This document shows, one piece after another, positions 1 through 12,691 of a stretch of DNA of 64,000 bases; the stretch's first letter is position 1, and every line of letters starts with the position of its first letter. The position numbers and the translations under genes were made by a program. The notes beneath the pieces were generated by a model. The model was given only the letters and a program-made list of their open reading frames with translations, was not told the origin of the DNA and did not search any database. Source of the DNA: Octopus vulgaris (taxonomy: Eukaryota); contig OX597831.1 of assembly GCA_951406725.2 (NCBI GenBank), forward strand, positions 16,492,001 to 16,556,000. Reading direction: 5' to 3'.

Positions 1-1767
1 CACAGTACGGATATAAAATGTTGGATGAAAATGAATATCATCTCATCTACATGGATGATTTGAAGCTCTTTGCAAAAAATGACCAACATCTCAAGGGCTT
101 ACTAATGTTTGTTAAACAATTCAGCGATGACATCAGAATAAAATTTCGCCTCGAAAAATGTGCATTTATCAAAGGGAAAATGACAGAATCATCTAACGTA
201 TAACTTGACCAGTAGAATGTCATAAAAGAACTAGACCCAGCGGAGAGCTACAAGTACATTGGGGTAATTGAAGGGATGGAATAAGGCATTCAATGATGAA
301 GGAAAGGATCAGGAGAGAATGTTATCGCAGAGTAAGAGCAATATTCAAGACAGAGCTGAATGCGAGAAACAGGATCGAAGCGATCAATGCTTTAGCCATA
401 CCAGTCGTGACTTACAGTTTCAATATCGTTAACTTGGCAATTACTGTAATATGTAATCTTCGCAGAAAAATACGAAAACTGTTGACAATGCATAGAATGC
501 ACCACCCTAAGGCAGATACAGAACGAATTTATATGCCAAGAAAAGAGGGAGGCCGTGGTCTTATACAAATGGCAATAACAATGAAGATTGCTACAATTGG
601 CTTAGACACCTACCGGAACAACTCTGAGGACTGGATGTTAAAACTTGTCTCAAAACATGAAAACAAGGAAGCATCGTACTTAGTAACAATACAGCAAAGG
701 AATATGTAACTGAAATCCGAATACAACAAATTTCGGAATTAGACATACAAGAAACAAGCACAGAAAAAACTAAGTTCAATAAAACCGGTGCTAAAACTGC
801 TGCCTTAGATATTCTGAATGACAAATGGCAAGAAAAACCTCTCAATGGCAAATGCCCAAAGAGAGCGAATAATGCCGATGTTGACAAAGACCCGACCCAA
901 AAATGTCTAATGGCCTCTGGCTTATAATCTGAAAAAGAAGGGTTTATCATAGCAGCTCAACATCAATGCCTACCTACAAGAAACTACCAGGCCAAAATAT
1001 TAAAGAACTGGAGTAGACCAACATGTTCTGTACGTCAACATCAAAATGAAACCATTGATCATGTTGTCTCCATGAGCAGTCTTCTTTTGCCTACAGAGTA
1101 TCTCAACAGGCATGATAGAGCTGCACAATATATTCACTGGATAATTTGCAAAATCCTGGACTTGCCCCATGATAAAAACTGGTGGGAACACAAACCATCT
1201 CCAGTGATTGAAAATGTCCACATCTCACTCCTCTGAAACTTCACCATTCAAACTGATAGAAAGATCTACGCGAATGGGTCAGACAACATAGTAAAAGACT
1301 TTAGATATAAAACATTTCTCCTCATTGATATGACTGTCCGAATCGATATAAACGTATCTGTCAAGACCTACCAGAAACTGAGCAAATATAATGATCTGGA
1401 AATAGAAATCATCAAAATGTGGAACCTGAAGCCTTAAACAATACCTGTGGCATAGCTACCCTGGGAATGACAGCAAAAGAGGCTGATTGCCACCTAACTC
1501 ATATACCAGGAATCCCCAAAATGGCAGAAATTCAAAAGATAGTGCGCATGGGAACTGCTCATACCCTACGCAAAATACTTTCTATGAAATCTCAAGTTTT
1601 AAAACAAACACACTTTTCGTATGGATTTTTAGGCATTCACTGGAACTACACTAAGTACAAAACCAAATATATGGCACCAACAAGAACTTCCAAATTGTAG
1701 TCTCTTGAAGTCTCTGGGTGAGACTTGGAGCCAGCTTGTGCAAGTGTAAAGCAAAAGTCAAACATAG
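1..1767 (+). mobile_element. Dong/R4-clade non-LTR retrotransposon, degenerate 3' portion (family 1)
   Basis: RT motif HLIYMDDLKLF, MHHPKAD, zinc knuckle remnant (ETIDHVVS), RHD and a PD..D-type restriction-like endonuclease region, C-terminus QKIVRMGTAHTLRKILSM; ends in (AAT)n; frameshifts and stops. Confidence 0.9.
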
Positions 1768-2185
<418 letters not shown>

Positions 2186-2322
2186 GCAATAGTCTTTCTG
2201 AAATAATAAGGAATGTACAGAACTAGTGTGTAATCAGTAGTATTCGTAAATTTTGGTTTAGTATGAAATGAAAAAAAAACAAAATAAGACCTTAAATGCA
2301 GGTTCGTTGATGTAATCTTTAT

Positions 2323-5300
2323 TTATATATATCTCATTAAGTAACTTGTAACTGCAATAGAGAAGAGAAGCTCCATCATATCCTGTAAAGAAAAAATAAT
2401 TACAGACGTTAATGAAACAAATTTTCATGGTGAAAGTTTTGCTGAAATTACATTAGATAATTTGAAGAGTATGTGTCAAGATTTACCATTCTTGTTACAG
2501 TTATAATTGATTGTGCATTACACTAATCTCGTTATTTATTTTATAAAGATATTATTGTCGGACTAATATCCTCACTCGGTAAAGCCGGACATATTGCTTT
2601 CGGCATTTTGTCTGCAATTACCATTTGAATTCTTATTCCACAGTGGTCGACTTTGTATTCCATCCCACTGGTGTCGATGAAATAAATTCCAATTGATCAC
2701 TGGGGGTCGAGGTAATTCATAAACTTCTCTTGCGAATTGGCCGCCGTGTATCAAAATTTGAACTCAAGATATTTAATGAACTTCTGTATTTAAATTCTGT
2801 TCCAATTATATAATGATATTTTACTGTTACATTAATAACTGTACATTATTTACGTTATTTACAATTGACGGATATTTGTCTTCATCTTCTCTGTTGTTAA
2901 CACAACGTTTCGGCTGATGTACACTCCAGCCTTCTTCAGGTGTCTTGGTTAAATTTTAACACGGGTTCTCATTCCTAAGGTATTTTTCGATGTTATTATT
3001 AACATCTTGTTTCTTAACAACAAACAAGATTACGACGAATATCCGTCGAATTGTAAATAATGTATATACTGTACATAATTCCTCATCTCATTAATATAGA
3101 ACTGAATTATGACTGTGTTGTGTATTACTATATTATAACGTAATTCCTGCACTTGTGCGAAATTAAAAATAATCAGTTGGTAAATAACATTTAGAAAGTG
3201 CTTTACTGTGAATATTCCAATAATATTCCTTCATGCATATTTATTCGTCCCTGAAGATAGCAGCAGCATTCGTGAAGTGGAAATATTGTAAAAGGTAATT
3301 CAAGGTATTACAAACGTTTATAATCTCTCGAATTCTACTTAAATATATTTTTCTCGAATTCTACATAAATATCGCAAAATTTGTTAATGTAGTATTTCGT
3401 TATTCGTAGTGACGATGATTTCCGGTGTTATTGGGTCTTTAATTATTTATAATACAATGTTATTAGGAAGATATTATTCAATGTCGGCGATGTAAGATGA
3501 CATAATGTACAGATTTTACGCACCTTTTTCTGGACAGTTCCAACACCACTATGCTGAAAGCAAATGTTAAAAGTGTAAATTTATACATATGAATATATAT
3601 ATATATATATATACGTGCACATTAGACATAAAAGCATAGCAATCTTTTCTATATGTCTGTAAAAAACTTAAAATATATACTTATTAGGAATGTATACATC
3701 ACTTGACCAATTCTGGAAGAAATGGAAACGTATTTCCAATAACAACTATTTCCAAAATCGATTTGACGAGATACGAACTTAAATTAGGAAATCTCAGACG
3801 TTCCATAAACTTTGTTCCTTCTATTCCTCCCAATGATTACCATAGAAAGAGTTGGGTTTTTTCACAAAAGTTTTCCATTACCGTATCAGATAGAAATAAA
3901 AGTCTACAGTAGTAGCTAATGATAATATAAGTCATCAAAATGAAATGCGGCAAAATACTGAATTACAACTTATTACTTTAGACAACAAAATATAAATAAA
4001 GAATATATCTTACACGACACGCCTTGTGAATGTATTGATCATAAAATTTGGCGCATTCCCGACTTGTTTTATAAAAACACTTAGAATCTTTCCTAAGTAT
4101 GCTGCAAAATAATCATAAATCAGGAATTATATACAAAATTAATCACGTATTGGGTGCATCATAGATATTTCGAAATATCTTTAGAAAAGGCAGTCACAAC
4201 AAACTTAGAATATTTTAATGTTTGTATATAATCTGTTACAATATGATAAGCATATCTCATAAAATATATTATTCCGTATTGAAGATGACGGCTGTAATAA
4301 GATTTTGAACACATTACATGAGTGAACACAGCGTGTCACAGCTGGCAAGTTCACAGAATGCAGTCGGGATCTGGACACAATTTGGAGTGTCACTATAGAA
4401 AAGTGCTGGATTACACTGGGCGAACACGATGTGGAAACATGTTAAAAGCTTCTGTCTTAACGATTATCTGTTTCATTCCTCCACACGATTCGATCTAAAA
4501 CATGTTCACCGAGAACCGCTTGATGAGATATGTTAATCATACCAACGGCATCATCTACAACCACTGGGTTTCATTTGAGGCTGTTGTTCACGAAAGAGTA
4601 ATCTGCACAGGTTTTATGTGTGTTCAGTGTGAGTTCTTCTATGTTAGAGGCCAAAATATTTTCATCAGATTAATCCACCAATCCAGATATTTGAAGTCGT
4701 AACAAACTTCGTATCAGACGTGGGCATGAAAACTGTACGTCGCCCTATTTGAAAATTAGATCCTGCACCCTACGACATTCAGTTTTTCCCAACATTGTGA
4801 ATGAACAAGAGAAGTCGTTTGATGTATTTTAAATTGTAAAGGACACATAAAAAGGATCGTGATCACAGTCAATTTCGAGGGCACCCGTGGATCATTCACG
4901 CAGAGGCTGCAACGCAGAGGTTGGAACGATGCAATTGGTGCAATGATGACTGACGAACCCAATTTGGACGTTATTAAGAAACTTTAGAACTTTATTGAAA
5001 TGAATGCATGTTTTTTCTGCAATAAACCTTGTAAATGATATCTGTGTTTCAATACATTTCAAAGATCTTGGATTAAATATACTTTATTTCAAAATTGCAA
5101 TTGAAAATTTGCTCTATGAAGAGCAAATAAAATGTTTGCTACTATGTCTGTGCAATAAATATCTTTCTTTGGCGAAATTGGAATTAGTTTGGTCGTTTTA
5201 GCATACACACTACACATCGGGATATATATATATATATATAAGGAGAGTTTACGGAAGAAGATGAAAAGAGAGTAGGGGTGAAGAGAAATAGGAGTGCAGA

Positions 5301-5405
5301 GAAGTAGGTGTAGGGGCAAGAGAGGAGAGTTGGGTGGGAGGAAGTAGAAGTGAGAGTGAGGGGTATATATATATATATATATATATATACAGACAAACAC
5401 ATATG

Positions 5406-5437
<32 letters not shown>

Positions 5438-8400
5438 ATGAGAGAGAGATAGGGTTATGAGAGGTAATGGTATCAATTATACTGGAAGGTGTCAGGTAAT
5501 GCTGAGTAAGTGCTATGGATAGACAACAGTTAAGCTCCAGATTCAGTGATTATGGGAAGAAAGAGTACAACGTAGGTCATATATCAGCATGTGCATATTT
5601 TAATGAGATAAAAACCAATGCTGTGAAGATTTTAGAACATTATATTTATTATATCCGTTCATCGGAGACGGTGGTTAAGCAATAGTTAATTTAGATAAGA
5701 TACGAAATAGAGAGTGAATTAGTGGAATTAAGTAGATGTGAGATATGCAGGGATATTGAAATTATAGATCCATTATCTAGGTATGCAATATCCTTACATA
5801 TCTCACATTTATTTTCATTCTTCTATTTCACTCTCTGTTTCGTGTCTTATCTAAAGTAACTAATGCTTAACCATTTTCTCACACCATCACCTATGAAGGG
5901 ATATAATAAATATCCTGGAAACACATAAGTAAGATATATATATATCTGTGTGTGTGTGCATTCTTGTGTGCGTGTGTGTGTTTCTTTATATTTCATAACA
6001 CTTTGCTTAAAATCTTATGTGATGTACATATTTATTCTAGTTATTATATAATTTATACTCAGTTTATTATCATTATTCCGTACATCATAAACGAAACATG
6101 ATCTTAATATTATTAAATTTCAATGTATTTATAAAAATTGCAATGCTATATATTTACAAAGACATTTATTGTAAAAGATGTTTGGCGAAAATGCTATTGG
6201 TTTGTAAAAATTGAAATGCAAATTTATTAAAAAGTAACTTAATGTAATCGGACTTTAGGTCGCAGAACACTCACTAAAGTAGCTCCTAAATATGTATATA
6301 TAAACATACATGTGCACGAAGATATATATATGTGTGTCTGTGTATTTGCTTGAGAGACAGTGACAGAGAGATTCGAGCAGATTCGACAGATATATAATGA
6401 CGGGAGAAAGAGATAGACTTAATTAGCATTAATATTTAGTATTATAAATACATAGCATAATATTAAATGTAGTCGTGCGAATATATCTACCGGCAAAGAT
6501 AACTTTTTTGAGGATACGCTTTGAATGTCCAGTGGGGGTAATTGCATATTTGTTCAAACTGATGAGTGCATGACTCTTTCATCTCCACACCTATTATAAA
6601 AAAACAAAAGAAAAAATATATAATTGAAGCTGTATTTAAAAGCTATGCCAGTAAATATTAGAATACATTCTTAAGTAGAATATTCACCTCATACTCAATT
6701 AAAATAATTGAGATATCTTTGAACTTTGCCTATAAATGTCAACTTTAAATGTGTTTTACTACGACATCTGCAAATGAAGAAACAGTCACTCCCACATTTT
6801 CAAAAATAGATTTGCCTACGCCTGTATATTCTAAATAATTTTGCATGAATATTTTGATACCAAATTTTATGTTGCAAATACTTCACGGACTAAAATGGAA
6901 ATTAATTTATTATCAAACATTGTTGCACCTCAGTAATTAAAATATATTTTATCATAACTTAGAAATTAAAGAGACGTAAAAAAAAGTTTATGATATTGGA
7001 TCAAACTTGATGAATTTATATATAATCATTTCTACTACGGGCACAAGGCCTGAAATTTGCCGGGATGGAAATAGTCGATTATACCGACCCCAGTGGCAGA
7101 ATCGTTAGCGCGCCGGGCGAGATGCTTAGCAGTATTTCGTCTGCCGTTATGTTCTGAGTTCAAATTCCGCCGAGGTCGACTTTGTCTTTCATCCTTTCGG
7201 GGTCGATTAAATAAGTACTTCTTACGCACTCGGGTCGATATAATCGAATTAAACCGTTTGTTTGTCATTGTTTGTCCTCTCTGTATTTAGCCCCATGTGG
7301 GTAGTAAATAAATAGGTATTTAATCTATCACGCCAAAATAATGTAAAGAAAATTCGACCACGGCAGAATTGAACTCAGAAAAAGACCCGGGCTAAAAGCT
7401 GCTACACATGTTGCCCGGCGTGCCTAAGAATCTGTGAGACCGCCGCTTTCATGAAGTTTTAATAATGGTAAATGAATAGTTTGGTGGAACTTTCCCATTC
7501 GATAGGCAAGTTTGAAAAATTCCCGAGCAGCTTCCTTCTTTTCTTTCTTTCTTTTTCTTTAATGAAAACAAATTTCTTTCTCTTTCATCCAATGTTCACA
7601 TACTTCTATTTCCAGGTCCATTACTTCGAATCCCACTGCTTGAAACATTATTTCTCGTTGTAAAATATCGAGAGGCATGCCCCTAAATCTCAACTATTTA
7701 TTTCTAAATCATGTGTTTTATTTTGTAAGAATATATTTTTTAAAAATCAAAAATGAATACACAGAATTGACGGATAGTTATTGTTATTGCTAAGCAGAGT
7801 GAATAATTTTCTAGTTATTGAATCTTTCCCTTCTTTTTCGTAATATTTGTGTCGTATTATAAAGTATATCTATAGCATATAACCACTGATATAAACAGCA
7901 AATGTTAAATTATGCGTTAAATGTGAGAGGTTTTGTACAGAGAACTTAAACATGGTTTGATAAGCGTGTGGAGACGAGGCAATGTTTCGTGTGGCGGGGA
8001 CGTTCGAAAATGCACAGCAACGCCACAGTGCAATCAAGAGCACGTTCGTCACTTTCTTCCTTTATCTGCTCTATTGTGCATCGGGAATACGTCCACCAGA
8101 ACCGAACGATCGATCGAAAGTTCTGCAGCGATATTTTCGAGTGTTTGATGTAGAACATTCGGTGAAAAAGACAGGATCTGTTGTGTCCCAATAATTGGAA
8201 TCCTCACTTTGACAATGCACCCTATAACCGAGCATTCCTTACTAATGCGTTGCCCGCCTAAAACAACATGGCATCGCTTCCACACTCCAATTCTTATCAG
8301 ATTTAACATCTGCGATTTCCATCGCTTCTCAAAGATAAATAAATATAGTTCAATAGATGCCATATTCAGGCCGTTGTCCAGGACGAATCGCATAAAACCG

Positions 8401-11132
8401 TCGACTAGTTTCCGGATAATGACTTCCAGACCGGATCCCAAATGTAGAAGAATCGCTTGGATCGATGTATGATCAAATATATTAACTTCTATTAAAGATA
8501 TCTTGTTCAGGAACATGTTTGTGGATTCAGGGAATTAAATCTCTTTAATTTTATTAAAAATCAAGCAGCAGCAGGGAAGAACGTAACACTGATAAATAAA
8601 GAAATTTAATTATATCAAAGTACACAAAATACACACTCTAAAGGGTGTCAATAGGAAACAAACTGGTAGAGATACGAAAAAACAGAAGTTATAATTTTAA
8701 ACATCTATTCTTTCCAAACAGTATTATAAGTGCGAAAACATCTCAAAATACTAGTGAATGTCAGTCGTCAAAAATGTCTACACAGGACACTGTCATATTT
8801 CTCCTGCATTAGAGTCATAATCAAAGCAGATTGTGCAACCTGATGACGTATCCCTTTGGAGGTTTTCTTCACCATTTTGAAATGTATACTTGAACTGTAC
8901 ACATACACACATATAAAATATATATATACAGGTTAGCATACACATACGCTTCATCAAACTAAAAAATACACAGGTGCATACACACAGGGATCTTCAGTTA
9001 TGTCTTCTAATACTCAAACAGATCAAACGGAAACGAAATATGGAGAATTAAATGAAATATATGGATAACGTACGCACTCACAGTGATACACATACATTCT
9101 AATCTATTCATACATACATACGTATATACACCCCTACACACACACACAAATTTGGTTGAAATATATAGAAACACAGAAGAAGAAGACAGGTGTGTGAACA
9201 GCAAGTATTAGCTTGACTCTCGAAAACAAAGTCAGAAAGTCTTTTACATTTCGAACCTACGCTCTTCAACAGAAAGGAATAAAAGGCAATAAACAGAGTA
9301 AGGGGAAAAGGGAAAAAAAACAAATCATATAGATTCATCAGTCCAACTTGGCGAATCATTCGCCATGCCGGACTAATGAACACTACAAGTTTTGTTTCAC
9401 TTTCTCTCTGATTATTTTCTCATATTGTTTCGTGTTGAAAAGATTAATCTCGAAAGGTACAATATTTTTGATTTCTTTCCTCAAATTAATATACTTGCTT
9501 GTTGTTCGTACATCTGTCTCTGTATTTCGTCTTTCTATAAATTTCAACTATATAACATACGCTCACTTAGTTACGCCAGTTTGATCCTGACTGAATAAAC
9601 TACGTATTGGAAGGGTTTATGTTAAACCCTTCGCGAACCTTCAGCACCTGTTCCCATCTTCATACCAGCACTCCGCCTCGATTACCATTGTATCTACTGC
9701 ATCTACCTTCAAGGATTTTACTGGAGGTTTCAATGATCTTAAATGGCATTTTTATTAATAGAAGAATGTTTGAATGTCGTACGATGCATTATCTATGAAT
9801 AAGATGAAACAAAATATGATTAAAGGTTTAGGGAATTATTAAAAAATACGGATATGGTAATAGAATGACTTGATATAGTCTGATACATTATCTGTTACCG
9901 ATGTAAATCTTTTTTAATGTTACCCAGATTAGGGAATAGGCTAAATACACGAGCGAATGGTATTAAGACACTGACATAAATGGTATAAATTTATAAATAG
10001 AAAAATCACTGAATATTGTCTAATATGCAATCTGTTACGGAATTGGATGAAAATATATCAAAACCAGTTAGTTCATTATTCAGTTGCTTTGATCTACTTA
10101 ATAAAGTGTCTTATTGTAAATATAATGATTAAGTATCTTTTCAATTCGAATATGCATAGAGTAACATTAGAATATAGGAATGCATCCTGTTTAAGAAGTT
10201 GGCAGCATGCAATCGATTCATGAGACTGATTAATAATATTCGAATTCCTATTATTAATATGGAACGCCATACAAATAGGGAACCAAAGCCAACTCCCGCA
10301 TCTCCCATCATATAGCAGCGCATAACTTATAATAAACAACACAATTTTAAATTCAATACAATTTTTCGGTGAGTGAAAATAAAAGTTTAGCGAGAACGCT
10401 ATAATTATTGGAATGAGGTGCGTTGATAGGTCGATGGTTTGTAGTATAGATAGCGCAATGCGTTTACTTAGAACTTAGAAAATTAAATGAACCAGTATTA
10501 GATGCATCATACGTTGCTGGAGTATACTAATGTGTATGTCCGTGCGTGTGCATGTTTGCGTGCGTGTTTATATAGGCAGACTTGTTCAGACAACCTCTTG
10601 ATGTTTAGAGTCGTTAAAATGTTGCAAGTACTTAATTCTTTTTCACAACGTGGCACTCATTTGATGGATTTACTGGGCCACGTTTAGCCGGAACGCTAAT
10701 TTATGCGGACATAAAACAAGCTAAGCTCTTCAAGCGGCTGCGGATGATATACATAGGAACAGATTCTTCCATACTATCGTGCGCACACACACATTTACAC
10801 ACATATCCATGTATATACTTACACATATATATATAAATATATATATATATTCTTATAAAAAAAAATATATATCCATATATGATACGTATATATAAATATA
10901 TATATATATACATACATATACATAATTGATGTATTAATACACACTTACATGTACATATGTAAATATATTTCAATAAATGTTTGTGTGAGCGTGTTTGTAT
11001 GAGGACAATGTTGGAAAGGATACAGAGAAGGGGGAATGTGAAACGATGTTAGATGTTTGATTTCTTGTGAAAGACATTGTAATTCATATTCTTACCACAA
11101 ATAAGAAACGCCAGGAAGATGTAGATTTTCAT
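2323..11132 (-). CDS. Paralog A: small secreted or GPI-anchored six-cysteine protein, ~106 aa, family unknown (multi-exon)
   Basis: Manual spliced model: exons 11132-11096 (37 nt, donor GTAAGA), 6590-6491 (100 nt, TTTTTATAATAG/GTAGAT), 4101-4014 (88 nt, TTTTGCAG/GTAAGA), 2522-2487 (36 nt, weak acceptor GATTAG, donor GTAAAT), 2382-2323 (TTTCTTTACAG, stop TAA overlapping AATAAA). Translation [106 protein letters not shown]. The first three exons are well supported by four paralogs; the last two are less certain. Confidence 0.85.
2570..2765 (-). mobile_element. Degenerate tRNA-derived SINE fragment (also ~23160-23355, ~38340-38530)
   Basis: Contains GGTCGACTTTG..TTCCATCC and AAATTTGAACTC pieces matching the SINE at 7095. 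Confidence 0.5.
2899..2944 (-). ncRNA. Minimal type I hammerhead ribozyme motif in a Penelope-type LTR-like repeat (~2840-3110); degenerate copies 23488-23533, 38664-38709
   Basis: Minus strand GACAC-CUGAAGA-A-GGCUG(loop)CAGCC-GAAACGUU-GUGUU: conserved core, stem II, palindromic AACGUU in place of stem III, stem I. Confidence 0.65.
5642..5913. mobile_element. MITE-like foldback in intron 2 (also 45337-45608; partial ~25925-26118)
   Basis: ATATTTATTATATCC...GGATATAATAAATAT ends, with internal arms GGTTAAGCA/TGCTTAACC, TTTAGATAAGA/TCTTATCTAAA and ATGTGAGATATG/CATATCTCACAT. Confidence 0.7.
7030..7447. mobile_element. Cluster of tRNA-derived octopus-type SINEs in both orientations (also ~27270-27690, ~46780-47200)
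   Basis: GGCAGAATCGTTAGC (A-box-like)...GAGTTCAAATTCC (B-box)...GGTCGACTTTG..CATCCTTTCGGGGTCGAT on + (7095-7318), flanked by minus-strand halves. Confidence 0.8.
8040..8360 (+). mobile_element. Mariner transposase relic (also ~28300-28425 truncated, ~47810-48125)
   Basis: Conceptual translation [56 protein letters not shown]...LPHS matches the mariner catalytic region (GIVH..FV..G.TV, WILHHDNAP.H, LPHPPYSPDL). Confidence 0.8.
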
Positions 11133-11185
11133 CGTCGTTATTCTATTAGTCTTAGGCTTTTGAACGCACTTGGACACGTAAACTC

Positions 11186-11194
11186 CTATATAAA
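11186..11194 (-). promoter_or_regulatory. TATA-like element ~55 nt upstream of paralog A ATG (also 30703-30711 in B and 51204-51212 in C)
   Basis: CTATATAAA (+), i.e. TTTATATAG (-), is retained at the same distance from the ATG in all three copies, although the surrounding C sequence has diverged. Confidence 0.35.
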
Positions 11195-11679
11195 TGAAAA
11201 ACGAAGGTAACACATGTTTTGTTCATAACTGGCAAATGCATATTTGATATGTCACTTGATTTAGTTTCCCATGACGTTGAAGTATAATGATTTACATTCC
11301 CTATTAATATGTCAATTTCTTTGAACTTCTTAGTGGGGGGATCCACTTCAATTGTAAGTTATATACGGCTAAAGATAATGTATGTGGGTTTCCTGATGTT
11401 TTCCGTTGTTCCATGTTGAATCACAAAATTGACCTTATAAACATTACTACTAAACCTGGGTTCATCAAAATTTAGGCAGAAGACGCATAAAAGCCGATTC
11501 CCCAAAAGAATCGCATGAAATTAACTTGTTGACCTTTACTTTGAGGAAATGTATCATTGAATTACTTCGAAATTATTTCAATTAGATTATGACGGCAAAT
11601 TTACTTTGGAATATCAGAAATTTAGAAATATTTTCAAAGAATATAACAGTCAATCTATTTAGGATATTTGATAGATATA

Positions 11680-12113
11680 CAGGGTGCGAGGGGTAATTTA
11701 AAGAGGGTTATTTCGTTTTTAGTCAATTACACCTCTGAATTATATGATGTATCAATTTTTTCATGTAACCATTTCAAGATATCAAACTAACACAAGAAAT
11801 GAAAAGACATGCAGTCATTGTAGGTATAGATGCAAACCACAGTGATTTAGATATTAGGAACTGTCTAAAGGTTGCAAAATCACTAGAAATTAAGTTCGAT
11901 TGGAATTGGAGATATTTAATATTATTGTTTTACCTGTCTGAAAGTGCAAATAATATTCACAATCCTCAGACATTAAAAGGAATTTATAAATCCTTTTGAA
12001 AACATTATCAATGAAAACACCTGAAGAACAATGAGGTCAATTGGTAAATAACTTCAGATGTCAGAATGGACTATCACAAATGTGGTACATCGTGAGTAAT
12101 GAGGAAAAGCTAA
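11680..12113 (+). mobile_element. maT/DD37D-like Tc1-mariner transposon, 5' part only (copy A)
   Basis: TA|CAGGGTG terminus and N-terminal MKRHAVIVGIDANHSDLDI; truncated at ~12113 relative to copies B and C. Confidence 0.7.
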
Positions 12114-12351
12114 TTCTTTGCGTCCTTTCAAATACAAAAATCGGATCACTGCTCGACACTCAACAGGCTCCATTTCATACTTGACTCAGCTCAAACACAT
12201 GTAAATCAGGAACCGCAATTAGTCCAGAGCTGTAATTTTCCACGTAATCGATAGAGGTATGCATAATTGCACATCCAAAATTTCAGCTAGATCAAATAAA
12301 TGCAAGTGGGTCAGGAGCATTATTTATTGAACGTCCCTCGTATCAAAATCC

Positions 12352-12490
12352 TCTTTATAGTCTATCCAGGCTATTGATAAGTTTTTTTCTCGTTTGTGAC
12401 AATCTTCTAATATCATCTTATTGATGAGTAGCTGATCTTTACAACCATAGGATCCACGTTTACATACTTTCTGTTCACTATTCTATTATT
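12352..12490 (-). mobile_element. Inverted short piece of the family 1 Dong/R4 LINE (its 5'-truncation junction)
   Basis: Reverse complement of 20600-20735 and ~35272-35380, including the (AAT)n-AGAATAGTGAACAGAAAG junction. Confidence 0.8.
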
Positions 12491-12596
12491 ATTGTTATTA
12501 TTATTATTATAAATATGATTTTTATTATTATTATTATTATTATTATTAATAATATTATTATTATTATTATGATTATTAATATTATTATTATTATTA

Positions 12597-12689
<93 letters not shown>

Positions 12690-12691
<2 letters not shown>

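Noticed and set aside
293-1700. Functional reverse transcriptase gene
   Set aside because: Multiple stops and frameshifts in all LINE copies, and 5' truncation in the copies whose 5' end is visible.
2280-2520. Alternative frame [20 protein letters not shown], superficially Sushi-like
   Set aside because: There is an in-frame TAA directly upstream, the phase is incompatible with the phase-0 donor of exon 3, and a 1-nt indel between copies lies downstream.
6688-6716. Possible 29-nt minus-strand micro-exon upstream of exon 2
   Set aside because: The length breaks the frame between phase-1 exons, and no homology to D's micro-exon is evident.
7095-7175. tRNA gene
   Set aside because: A/B-box-like head continuing into a SINE body; no cloverleaf.
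8396-8450. Degenerate hammerhead-like GAAACUAGUC-GACGG on the minus strand
   Set aside because: The CUGANGA core is not intact; at most a decayed Penelope LTR remnant.
9568-9591. Possible 24-nt minus-strand exon (TTTATTCAG...GTGAGC)
   Set aside because: Contains TAA in the required frame in all three copies.
9607-9798. [15 protein letters not shown]... recurring at 29668 and 49431 (likewise ORFs 10094/49925 and 10502/50333)
   Set aside because: Recurrence is explained by the segmental triplication; the ORFs lie within intron 1, some begin at non-ATG starts, and none has a recognisable motif.
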